Positions 50,251 through 59,089 of a stretch of 64,000 bases of DNA are shown piece after piece (the first letter of the stretch is position 1; each line of letters begins with the position of its first letter). Source of the stretch: a virus; IMG/VR virus record IMGVR_UViG_3300028581_000018, positions 45,450 to 109,449 of that record; one strand, 5' to 3'. A program made the translations under genes and the position numbers. The notes below the pieces were generated by a model. It was not told where the DNA came from, made no database searches, and saw only the letters and a program-made list of their open reading frames with translations.

Positions 50251-51375
50251 TTACAAGAATGCTGCTAATTGAGCACCTGTACTTTGTACTGTAGATGCAT
50301 CTTTTAATCTTTCTCCTATGCTATTAGGTGTAGTGATACTTGCTAGTGGTACATTCCAGATATCTGTAGCATTTAGATAACCTGTGCCTACTGTATTATC
50401 TACTGGTACACCAATACTTACTGCTGCTGCAGGAGGTACAGCACAAATTCCAGTTAGGTTATTTGTTGGGCCGTAAACTACACCAGTACGCACATTTGCC
50501 TTTGCTGGGTGACCTGTGGCCACTCCGGCAGTATATAATGGATTTAAAACATTTGTAGTACTTCTTGTCCTCCACTCTAATTGTTGACCATCAAAAGTTT
50601 TAATCATATAAGGAGCAACACTAAAGTCATTGAAATTATAAATAATTCCAGCCATTTTGAGAACAGTGCCATATACAACAATTTGTCCAGCTGATATAGT
50701 GCTACCTATAATATTGCACTGGGCATTTGTATTTCCATACGGTAAAGAAGAAATAACCTCTGTTCCAGCCATAGCAATAGCACTCCCAGTCAGATTATAT
50801 ACTCCATTATTTGCGATTACAATAGCTCTTCCGTTAAGCGATGTATTTGATGTCGTTGCTCCATACACATTACCAGTATGGTTAACTGTGCAGTTTGCAC
50901 CAACAAAAACCACATGTTGGTCACCTTGATAAGGCCCTGTTATAATATTGCCAGTTATGTTAACAGTTACATTGGAGCCTGACATATTTAGTGCTCCTGA
51001 GTTTCCAGTTGTATCATTGGTTATATTTCCAATTATATTTAAGGTCAGGTTTGAGCCAGTAATATAAATTAGACTCATCCACCAACCTTCAAAATTTGGA
51101 GCTATTTTATATACACCTAAACCTGTAAATGTTAATGTTCTAGATGCAGTTATATAAAATCCACTATATGATCCGCTTGCTATTCCTGTTGTTGAATTGT
51201 TTCTTATAGACGCAACTGTAATATTTTGGTCAATAGTAACTTGGTAGCTATTTGAATATACATCATCACTTGCCCCCGGCAATACCGTAGAAGCTACAAA
51301 ACTGCCGCTTGAATTATCTTGCCATGTTGCCAAGTTTGACCAGTTGCCGTTTGCTACGGCCTTGTAATTAGCCAT
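50251..51375 (-). CDS. Tail fibre/spike-like beta-helix protein
   Basis: GNWSNLATW N-terminus and GNI/GNV repeats. Confidence 0.55.
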   Translation of the reverse strand: MANYKAVANGNWSNLATWQDNSSGSFVASTVLPGASDDVYSNSYQVTIDQNITVASIRNNSTTGIASGSYSGFYITASRTLTFTGLGVYKIAPNFEGWWMSLIYITGSNLTLNIIGNITNDTTGNSGALNMSGSNVTVNITGNIITGPYQGDQHVVFVGANCTVNHTGNVYGATTSNTSLNGRAIVIANNGVYNLTGSAIAMAGTEVISSLPYGNTNAQCNIIGSTISAGQIVVYGTVLKMAGIIYNFNDFSVAPYMIKTFDGQQLEWRTRSTTNVLNPLYTAGVATGHPAKANVRTGVVYGPTNNLTGICAVPPAAAVSIGVPVDNTVGTGYLNATDIWNVPLASITTPNSIGERLKDASTVQSTGAQLAAFL

Positions 51376-51378
51376 AAC

Positions 51379-51672
51379 TTAAAGCCCTTTAGCGTTAATG
51401 TACTCTTGTAATGCCTCGGTAATCTTGGCAAATGCAGTTAATGCATCTGTATCACCTGAAGTAGTTACATCTCCATATACAATAGGTACATCATATTGAG
51501 ATAGGTCTTCAGGTCTAATTACATTACCATCTTCATCATGGGTGTAATACTGTAGTCTAATTGCTACAGTTTGACCAATTTCTTCTTCTCTGAATAGAGG
51601 CATTGATGATAAAGATGCCGCCACCTTATCATAGGTAACTCCCTCAACAACAATAGGTTTATTAGTATTCAT
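51379..51672 (-). CDS. Hypothetical protein (fibre-associated)
   Basis: ORF packed within the operon. Confidence 0.5.
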   Translation of the reverse strand: MNTNKPIVVEGVTYDKVAASLSSMPLFREEEIGQTVAIRLQYYTHDEDGNVIRPEDLSQYDVPIVYGDVTTSGDTDALTAFAKITEALQEYINAKGL

Positions 51673-51676
51673 AGTT

Positions 51677-52156
51677 TCAATGATTATTATTTAACATTTC
51701 CAGAATCATTTCTTTGATAGCTTTTTCAGCTCTTGGATCTACATCAGCTTTTCTCCCTGGGCATATCTCTCGATGTGTAGTTATCCTGTCAATACCAAAG
51801 TTATAGAGTTTCATTTTGGCTACACACCATTCAGCAACACTATTAATCTCATCTTCATTTAGTAAACGCTTACTAGTATTACCAGTTACCGCTATACCCA
51901 ACAGAAAGTTATTACAATGTTGCTTGCCTTTAAAAGAAGATACACCAGCATGCCATGCCCTTTTATTATCAGGGACTAATATAGTTCTATTCCCATCAGT
52001 GTTTACTAAACAATGGTATGACACCTTGCTTTTTGGGGATAAAATCCAAGATTCTGAGCCCACAAAATTACCTGCAGAGTGATGCAATACAATCCCAGTA
52101 GGTTGTAGCACTCTAGATTTATTAGGAGATTCTTTAAAAACTTCTGTGTAGTTCAT
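51677..52156 (-). CDS. Endolysin, N-acetylmuramoyl-L-alanine amidase (Amidase_2)
   Basis: IVLHHS, SYHCLV, RAWHAG, THREI...RKAD. Confidence 0.9.
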   Translation of the reverse strand: MNYTEVFKESPNKSRVLQPTGIVLHHSAGNFVGSESWILSPKSKVSYHCLVNTDGNRTILVPDNKRAWHAGVSSFKGKQHCNNFLLGIAVTGNTSKRLLNEDEINSVAEWCVAKMKLYNFGIDRITTHREICPGRKADVDPRAEKAIKEMILEMLNNNH

Positions 52157-52161
52157 AACAA

Positions 52162-52695
52162 TTAAGTATAAGGTACTATATATCTATTAGTCCACGCGAC
52201 ATTATTAGCGCTAAGTGTTGTAGTGCTTCCGTTATTATTTACTTGGATTCTATCTATATCCCAAAAGGGATCGGTTTGTGGTACACCTATTGGTGCCACC
52301 CCGCAATAACTATAAGGACTTACCCAATCACTTTCTGTTTGTAAGAGAAGCTGTCCCGGGCTATATGTAGCCGTGAGTCTGTTAGTCCAGGCAACATTAT
52401 ACGCAGATGAAAATATTACATCACCGGTATTTGTTATTTCTAGCCTGTCAATTTGCCACACTGGATCTGTATCTAGTGCCCCCGTGGGCGCGGTGCCGCA
52501 GTAAGAATAAGGTGCAACCCAGTCATGTCTGTATTCACCTACTACAGGTATACCACCTCCACCACTAGATACTGGTTTATATGTACCATCATCAGCCAAA
52601 TAGCTATTGCCTGAACCCCCTTTTGTAAGGACTTCAACCACATCCCAATTAAAGTGAACGTGTTGTTTTTGCCTATCTGCCCAAGTTTGTTTCAC
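52162..52695 (-). CDS. Virion protein with a tandem internal duplication
   Basis: Two copies of DWVxPYSYCGxAP...WxIDR...NVAWTNR. Confidence 0.6.
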   Translation of the reverse strand: MKQTWADRQKQHVHFNWDVVEVLTKGGSGNSYLADDGTYKPVSSGGGGIPVVGEYRHDWVAPYSYCGTAPTGALDTDPVWQIDRLEITNTGDVIFSSAYNVAWTNRLTATYSPGQLLLQTESDWVSPYSYCGVAPIGVPQTDPFWDIDRIQVNNNGSTTTLSANNVAWTNRYIVPYT

Positions 52696-52697
52696 CG

Positions 52698-52934
52698 CTA
52701 CGACATATTATCATTTAGTTCAAACTCAGTTGGTACACCGAGTACTGGCAACAAAGGTTCAGCATAAAGAATATACCAGAATACAGGAACATTTTGACTA
52801 GCATAGTAGTAATCTACATACTCTTGTGTAACATTAGTATCATTTACTGGAATACCATAATACGCAGCGCATGCAGATTTTGCTAAGATCGCACTTTGCT
52901 CGGTATTATATTTATAACCATTACGGATAGACAT
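52698..52934 (-). CDS. Hypothetical protein
   Basis: Coupled to the upstream lectin-like gene. Confidence 0.5.
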   Translation of the reverse strand: MSIRNGYKYNTEQSAILAKSACAAYYGIPVNDTNVTQEYVDYYYASQNVPVFWYILYAEPLLPVLGVPTEFELNDNMS

Positions 52935-53847
52935 TGTAGTATGAATTTATATTTAAAGTTGCGGGAGCAACAATACTAGTTTGTTCACTATTGTAAATCG
53001 TTATCTCCTGCATATGACCATTAAAATTTAAAGTACTATTATTACGACCACCAATATACTTTATATCATCAGGTTCAACAACATTATTAAAACCACTAGT
53101 TATTGCTGTAACTAATGACAGTGTAGTGTTATTTCTGCGTGCAGTAAAAGAAGTATTAGATATATAAACAACAGAGTTTAACACTTGACCATTTATGGGT
53201 GAAGTAGTATCTCCATATCCATAAATTTGACCTGCTCGCAACGTAGTAAAAAACTCAGTTTCGTTTGTCAATGTACTACTAATAGCACCATAACCATACA
53301 ACATTTCTGAAAAAATAGCAGTTGAAGGAGATCCCCCATACTTAAGCATTGCTGGTGTAGAGGCTGTTACATTCGTAACAGCAACAACATCAAATATAGA
53401 ATGACTAGTTATAGGAATAGCAGTATCAATGATCATATAATCGTTTAACCCATCAAATAAAATTGAAGGTCTCAAATTATAAGTGATTACACCAGTTGTT
53501 GAATCATAAATCTTTGGTTGATTCAACAAGTTAGGTTGCCTGGCATTATTTAACCCAAGATCCTGACCATATATTGTGGTCACAAAGCCATTTGCACCAC
53601 TACAAAAACTAGTTATTGTAGCTGTGTCTACAACATTCCCAATAAAAGGTATATCTAACTCGGCATTATCAGTACTCCTACGCACGCGCACAGCATTACC
53701 TGTATAAGTGCTCCTCTGTTTACGCAAAGAAAATGCTGCATTTGCACCAGGATACAAGTCTAAGAAATACGAAGCGCCTACAATTGGCGGCTCAATACCC
53801 CTTACCTTAGATCCAAGGTATTTACCTATGTTAATGTTATTACCCAT
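52921..53847 (-). CDS. Concanavalin A/LamG-like (arabinofuranosidase B-like) virion protein
   Basis: AAFSLRK...AVRVRRSTDNAELDI...FDGLNDY...FNGHMQEITIYN. Confidence 0.7.
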   Translation of the reverse strand: MGNNINIGKYLGSKVRGIEPPIVGASYFLDLYPGANAAFSLRKQRSTYTGNAVRVRRSTDNAELDIPFIGNVVDTATITSFCSGANGFVTTIYGQDLGLNNARQPNLLNQPKIYDSTTGVITYNLRPSILFDGLNDYMIIDTAIPITSHSIFDVVAVTNVTASTPAMLKYGGSPSTAIFSEMLYGYGAISSTLTNETEFFTTLRAGQIYGYGDTTSPINGQVLNSVVYISNTSFTARRNNTTLSLVTAITSGFNNVVEPDDIKYIGGRNNSTLNFNGHMQEITIYNSEQTSIVAPATLNINSYYNVYP

Positions 53848-54212
53848 TAGTAAGTATAACTAATAATAAAGGTTGTACCAGTTGCGTTGTAAGCAAAATG
53901 ACTAGTAGGATATTTAGACGCAGTGCCAGCATCAAAGTTCAAAGTAACACCACCAGGTATACTAACGTTACCACCACCATTTACATTTACAGTGCCCGGC
54001 GCGGCGCCAGCATTATAAATAGAAACAGATTTTGTAGCAACAGCTACAGTACCCGCTCCAGTAGATGACAATAAAGCCCCAGTAGAACTACCTGTATTAC
54101 CAACAAATGTAGATAATGAAGTAAATAAAGCTTGCAACCCCTCAAGTACCTTGAGCTGGTAGGGCATATTACTACCCTTTTGACCATACGTTTTTATATT
54201 TCCAATTGACAT
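53847..54212 (-). CDS. Small structural protein
   Basis: GQKGSNMPYQLKVLEGL N-terminus and beta-rich C-terminus. Confidence 0.5.
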   Translation of the reverse strand: MSIGNIKTYGQKGSNMPYQLKVLEGLQALFTSLSTFVGNTGSSTGALLSSTGAGTVAVATKSVSIYNAGAAPGTVNVNGGGNVSIPGGVTLNFDAGTASKYPTSHFAYNATGTTFIISYTY

Positions 54213-54214
54213 GG

Positions 54215-54904
54215 TTAATAAGTTTTAGATAATGTTACAATTTCAGTATAAATAGAGTTCAAAGCATCTGCAGCATTCCATTCAATAGTAAGATCAAGCG
54301 TATTATTTACAGTAGTATCAAAAGTTGTATTGTTTACAACACTAAAATCAGCCCCCTCAAAAGTAGTAGAAGCATTCTTTATATAAGTAAACTGACCACC
54401 GCTAGCAATACTAGCTACACCAGCACCGCCAATTGCTCGTACTGTAAAGTCAATGTTTAACTCAAAATGTTTATTAGTTAATCCTGGCATATTTATAAAA
54501 CCAGTATCAACTAATACCACAGCTCCTGACTTAACTCTTATACGCAGATCATCATTGTTTTTAGAGGATAAATGGCCAATAATAACTACATGGAAACTAT
54601 CACCAACTCTAAAAGCCCCCGCGGGAACACTCAAACTACCAACACCAGTACCTAATATACTAGACTCAACAGTAGTATTAGTAACAACAGGCCCATCAAC
54701 AGTTTGAGAAAATAACCCACCCGCAGCAGGAGTACTCAAGTTTATATAGTTAATCAAGTCCTGCCAACTAATAATAGCAGGTCTATAATCCCCATCATAC
54801 TTACCATTTTTAACACCAAGCATGAACAAATCACTACTCTCCAACGTCTGCCGGCGAGAACCTATCTTGATTAAATTAAAAATGTTCAGTAAATTGTTTA
54901 ACAT
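54215..54904 (-). CDS. Structural (fibre/decoration-like) protein
   Basis: Beta-rich C-terminal domain. Confidence 0.5.
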   Translation of the reverse strand: MLNNLLNIFNLIKIGSRRQTLESSDLFMLGVKNGKYDGDYRPAIISWQDLINYINLSTPAAGGLFSQTVDGPVVTNTTVESSILGTGVGSLSVPAGAFRVGDSFHVVIIGHLSSKNNDDLRIRVKSGAVVLVDTGFINMPGLTNKHFELNIDFTVRAIGGAGVASIASGGQFTYIKNASTTFEGADFSVVNNTTFDTTVNNTLDLTIEWNAADALNSIYTEIVTLSKTY

Positions 54905-54905
54905 C

Positions 54906-55046
54906 TTACCTACCTTGTCGGTTATAACGCTTACTATAATTTTTGCTAGTTTTTAATACACTAGACCTCTTCTTAGAGTGAATACCAGGACGACGAATCT
55001 TACCCCTCACTGGTTTTAAACTCGTTGATTCTTTTTTCGCAGCCAT
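54906..55046 (-). CDS. Small basic protein (46 aa; not in the ORF track)
   Basis: MAAKKESTSLKPVRGKIRRPGIHSKKRSSVLKTSKNYSKRYNRQGR*; fills the gap between genes, downstream of a TATATTA motif. Confidence 0.7.
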   Translation of the reverse strand: MAAKKESTSLKPVRGKIRRPGIHSKKRSSVLKTSKNYSKRYNRQGR

Positions 55047-55086
55047 AATTGATACTGATTATACCTTATAATATAATCATTATAAC

Positions 55087-55449
55087 CTACTTCTCCAAAC
55101 TAGAATCCCGAGCCAATAAAAAATCGCGGATCTCTACACATATCTCATACTGCTCAGTATCCTCATAATACCCCAACATATCATCAATAACCTCATCAGT
55201 AATACCCTCATCGGGGTCGTGCCCTAAAAACAACATCAAATTCTTCTCACGAGCAATACCCAATAACTGCTCATAAGTAACCTTACCAAATAAAATCTTC
55301 CTGGTATTATTAAACCCTACCTCAAAAGCTACATCATCCATATTATCCATGTTGAACTTAATAGCTCGTATACTATCTGACATCTCATCACCAAAATCAC
55401 CCTCTAAATAAAAAGACTCTTCATCGTTTTTCATATTACCAATATACAA
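55087..55449 (-). CDS. Acidic protein with a C-terminal UVR-like motif
   Basis: YEDTEQYEICVEIRD. Confidence 0.55.
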   Translation of the reverse strand: MYIGNMKNDEESFYLEGDFGDEMSDSIRAIKFNMDNMDDVAFEVGFNNTRKILFGKVTYEQLLGIAREKNLMLFLGHDPDEGITDEVIDDMLGYYEDTEQYEICVEIRDFLLARDSSLEK

Positions 55450-55813
55450 ATTTACTAGATACCATACAATAACACCCCCCCATACCTACATAAATTTACC
55501 CACCCCCCCCCACCATAGGGATACAAAACAAAATACAATAGAGACTGTAAGTGGGGCCCTATTCGCCGCTCCCCGGCGCGCGCACCTCGCGGGCCCACCC
55601 CCTAGTGCCACGGTGCACTCGCCGCAATGCCACCGCGCGCCAACAAAAAGTTTTCTGGGGAAAACTTTGTTGTTGTCTTGCTATGCTGTGCATGCGGTGC
55701 ATGCACTACGTTGTCATCGTGCTGTGCATGCTATGCATGCACCTGCTTGCGACACAGCGCAGCGACACAGAGCAAGGCATTTCTCTAATACCTTAACCTT
55801 AAACCCTTTTCTT

Positions 55814-56017
55814 ATGAGCAATTCTAAGCCTTCTTTTACACCGCGTAAAGTACGCGTTGACCTGTTCTCTGTTGCTTTAGCCGACGATAAAGCCTTGACT
55901 GCTATGCAGACAAAGCTTAATCAATGGCTTACTGCAGGAACATTGGTCAAGTACCAAATACATACGACAAGCACTCATGCTTTGTTTAATGTATGCCGAC
56001 GTAAAGACGCTGAATAA
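55814..56017 (+). CDS. Early hypothetical protein
   Basis: Likely start MSNSKPS at 55814, between the motif and a terminator. Confidence 0.65.
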   Translation: MSNSKPSFTPRKVRVDLFSVALADDKALTAMQTKLNQWLTAGTLVKYQIHTTSTHALFNVCRRKDAE

Positions 56018-56085
56018 GCGTCTTTTTTCTTTGTAGGAAGCCGCAAGGCATTTCTTTTACCTCTTAACAATTAACCCTATATCTT

Positions 56086-56370
56086 ATGAGAACTCCATTC
56101 GGATTTTACAAAACGCCTTTTGGCACAGCCTTGCATTTGCGCTACAAAGACAAAGAAAGCGCAGACCTCATTAGCGAATGCCTTGAGCGCTCTACAATTT
56201 GGCTCGGCAAGAACGACTGCTGGCACATTGAAGGCTTGATTAAGCCTGGCTACGAGCAACTTACCAGAAAAGCCATTCTGCTAAATCGCTCTCGCACATT
56301 ATCTAAGCAGCAGCGGGAAATTCTTGACGAAATCAATGCTATTGACCAGGCTATTGACTTAGGCTACTAA
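56086..56370 (+). CDS. Early hypothetical protein
   Basis: Motif upstream, terminator downstream. Confidence 0.65.
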   Translation: MRTPFGFYKTPFGTALHLRYKDKESADLISECLERSTIWLGKNDCWHIEGLIKPGYEQLTRKAILLNRSRTLSKQQREILDEINAIDQAIDLGY

Positions 56371-56377
56371 CGCATAC

Positions 56378-56402
56378 GCCCCGCATTAAGCGGGGCTTTG
56401 CT
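56378..56402 (+). terminator. Intrinsic terminator
   Basis: GCCCCGC attaa GCGGGGC ttt. Confidence 0.7.
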
Positions 56403-56454
56403 TATTCTTCGCAAGGGCATTTCTTTTATAACTTAACAATTAAATCTTTTACCT

Positions 56455-56664
56455 ATGAAAGCAGTTATCTATCTACTCAAAGCGTGGTTTGTAGCCCTAT
56501 TAACCGCGTTTGCCCTACCATTTAGCCTTAGTCTGTTGGCTGTATTGACAACAGACATTACCTTTCACCAAGTGTTCCACTCTGAATTGTTTTGGTTACC
56601 ATTTGGCTTCATATTGGTTATAATGTTCATTGTAATATGTGGATTTGAACCATATGAAGATTAA
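56455..56664 (+). CDS. Early small membrane protein (two TM segments)
   Basis: Two hydrophobic segments. Confidence 0.65.
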   Translation: MKAVIYLLKAWFVALLTAFALPFSLSLLAVLTTDITFHQVFHSELFWLPFGFILVIMFIVICGFEPYED

Positions 56665-56689
56665 TATTAGGTTTAGGGTTTAAGTAATT

Positions 56690-56722
56690 GGCTCCGCAGT
56701 AATGCGGGGCCTTTTGCTTTTT
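56690..56722 (+). terminator. Intrinsic terminator
   Basis: GGCTCCGCA gtaa TGCGGGGCC tttt. Confidence 0.75.
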
Positions 56723-56835
56723 AAAGAGCGGGAGTGGTTAGACGCAGTGCCCATCTCGGGGGCCATTTATCTTAATCCAGCATGCTTACCTCGACGCGGC
56801 AAGGCATTTCTTTTATTACTGAAACCTTATATCTT

Positions 56836-57048
56836 ATGATCAAACATGCACAAACGGTTGTCACTAAACAAGAGTATTTTGACACCACGCTGCGGAATGG
56901 CGAAACAATCCCTGTTCGTATCGAGCGCGTAATCTATCATCGCACCAAGACGATGACTGTACGCAAATGGTGCTTGAACTCTGGTATGATCATCGACGTG
57001 TTCCGTGATTTGCCTGCACCACCTGAGTTCGCAATCGTGGTCAAGTAG
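56836..57048 (+). CDS. Early hypothetical protein
   Basis: Likely start MIKHAQ at 56836. Confidence 0.6.
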   Translation: MIKHAQTVVTKQEYFDTTLRNGETIPVRIERVIYHRTKTMTVRKWCLNSGMIIDVFRDLPAPPEFAIVVK

Positions 57049-57050
57049 CC

Positions 57051-57083
57051 AAGCATAAGCCCCATTTGGGGCTTTGCTTTTTT
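57051..57083 (+). terminator. Intrinsic terminator
   Basis: AAGCCCCA tt TGGGGCTT plus a T-run. Confidence 0.7.
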
Positions 57084-57158
57084 ATTTGCAATACTATTAG
57101 GGCATTTCTTTTATTTCTTAAGGCGCTATTGCCACAAAACCCCATAAAATCAAATCAA

Positions 57159-57692
57159 ATGGGACAACTCAAAGCGACGCTAAACGGCGTCTACAATCGT
57201 AACGGCGAAATCGTCAACCGTTATGTGGTTTCAGGTTCAGCAGCAGACATCGCTGAATTTAAGAAAATCCAAGGTCAATACTTTCGCGAAGACACGCAAG
57301 GTAGGCCCTTGTACTTTCGCCCAAAGTTTGACCCACAAGGGCGACCTCACCCCTCGACGATGCTCATTGAGCCCAATTATCGTGGCGACGGCTTTGTCCC
57401 TGTGTACGACACTATTCTCGCTGACGCAGAATACGCCGAGTCAATTGGCGGTGTCGTAGGACAAGAACTCGGTAAGGCTCTTGCCCTTGAGTTACTCGAA
57501 AAGCGTCGCGCTCTTCGTAGCAATACTCGCGCCGTGGCTCTTGACACGCCTGAACCCATTGAGCAACCGCTCGTTGATGAACAACCCATTGACGACGATT
57601 TCAGCGGGAGCGGGTTAGACGACGAGCCTGTTGCTGAAAAGCCCAAAGCTAAAGCCAAGGCTACCGCAACACCTGATTTGGGGGACATCTAA
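57159..57692 (+). CDS. Early protein with an acidic disordered C-terminal tail
   Basis: Likely start MGQLKAT at 57159; ends ...DDEPVAEKPKAKAKATATPDLGDI. Confidence 0.65.
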   Translation: MGQLKATLNGVYNRNGEIVNRYVVSGSAADIAEFKKIQGQYFREDTQGRPLYFRPKFDPQGRPHPSTMLIEPNYRGDGFVPVYDTILADAEYAESIGGVVGQELGKALALELLEKRRALRSNTRAVALDTPEPIEQPLVDEQPIDDDFSGSGLDDEPVAEKPKAKAKATATPDLGDI

Positions 57693-57710
57693 TCACCCGT
57701 TTGGGTGCAC

Positions 57711-57747
57711 AAGCAAGGCAGGTCTCACACACCTGCCTTGCTTTTTC
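57711..57747 (+). terminator. Intrinsic terminator
   Basis: AAGCAAGGCAGGT...ACCTGCCTTGCTT plus a T-run. Confidence 0.8.
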
Positions 57748-58261
57748 TACATTATCCTTTTTTTTCACCATACTATTATGGCATTTCTTTTTCTTCGCAG
57801 GCCCACAGCACAATATCCACGCGCAGCGGGAGTGGGGTTGACACCAAAAAATAGGAAATCGTATCTTGTTGATTATCAAATCCCTAGAGTGAAACCAAAA
57901 CCTCCACTCCCACTCATCACTAGATACAAAATACAAAATTGTTTACGCTGTAACATACGCTGATTATCAAGTAGTTAGTCTCATTTTCCCACCGCGTGGA
58001 TAAACTCTTGTAAACCCTATTGTTTACGCTTTACATTGTTTGCGTATATTCACTGTTGGTAGAGAACTGCATTTATATCGTCAATTACTTTAAGTAACAC
58101 GACGTAAGTGTCTGAGTATCAGTGAGTGGGATACCATATACCCCTTATTATCTAACAATTGATAATCAAACTAATCTTGTATACTTCCTAGTTTAACTAC
58201 TGGATATAGCTTATCTAACATAACTAATTCAACTAACATAACTCTTAAACTCTAATGCTTT

Positions 58262-58498
58262 ATGGTTACTTCTTCTTCTATATCTATATTAGGTAGGGTT
58301 CTTATTGTTGATAGAGAGAATCCGCGCGCACGTGCATTAGATACCTGCGCTGATTGTGGTCACCCTATACAGGGTTACTCACCAATCGTGGTTCACACCT
58401 ACACCAGCAAGCACGCCGATAAACCTGAATCAACTCGTATCATATGTCAATCATGTGATTACCTTGACTATTGTGAACCATATAGTATATTTGGTTAA
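58262..58498 (+). CDS. Small Zn-finger protein
   Basis: CADCG...CQSC. Confidence 0.55.
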   Translation: MVTSSSISILGRVLIVDRENPRARALDTCADCGHPIQGYSPIVVHTYTSKHADKPESTRIICQSCDYLDYCEPYSIFG

Positions 58499-58667
58499 CA
58501 ATTAAATTCACCGCATGAACAAACGATTGTGGTACTATTCTAAAATGGGGTGATGACCTACATCAACAACCTACAGTGCGGGGCAGCAATCCTCGTCGCA
58601 ACTAGCATGACTAACCAATAATGTCTTGCACACTTCCTAAGCACGAATTAAACTGCTTCATCATTTT

Positions 58668-58787
58668 CCCTTTGCACACTCACTAGTGAGCAGTTGTAAT
58701 ATGACCATTCTCGTAAAAGTTCCCTTAAATGTGGGTTGAGATTTACTCTATGGAGGGCGATAATATATTACAACTGAGTGCAGAGGG
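58668..58787 (+). ncRNA. Structured RNA motif, copy 1
   Basis: CCCTTTGCAC/GTGCAGAGGG outer stem and CAGTTGTAAT/ATTACAACTG inner stem; repeated at 59385. Confidence 0.6.
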
Positions 58788-59089
58788 ATTACAATATATC
58801 AACTGTAAATAACTTAATTAGGCTTTTTAACCTTTTGTGCCTGAATAAGTTTACACGAATTAGTAATAATTCTGGGGTTGTTGATATTAAACAAAAGTCT
58901 GCCTATTAAATAGGGAAGCTGCAACAGGCGTTAAATCGTGCGAGTAATAGCAGCATACAAGGATCGCAACCTTGGGAAACAAGTATTTACGTGCAAAGAG
59001 GGAATTTGATAGAAATATCAATAATCGACTGTATTTATACAGGAAGACAACTTAATGTACTAAAGGAATACTTGTTTCTTTTAATTTGT

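Larger units (their letters stand above)
55772..57790 (+). promoter_or_regulatory. Six copies of a GGCATTTCT early-gene motif
   Basis: Copies at about 55772, 56043, 56411, 56799, 57101 and 57780; the first five lie 37-58 nt upstream of an ATG. Confidence 0.7.

Noticed and set aside
7-54707. Many plus-strand ORFs and short alternative-frame ORFs in the late region
   Set aside because: They are shadows of long minus-strand genes, with no recognisable motifs
57631-57963. ORFs of 110 aa (+) and 91 aa (-)
   Set aside because: They cross a strong terminator and the GGCATTTCT motif and have no protein-like features
58575-58605. HDV-like (theta) ribozyme suggested by TCCTCGT
   Set aside because: The nested P1/P2/P3 pairings could not be built; a simple hairpin explains it
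58991-59089. GTG-initiated N-terminal extension of the S10-like ORF
   Set aside because: It lies inside a paired RNA structure, and S10 similarity begins at the ATG at 59090
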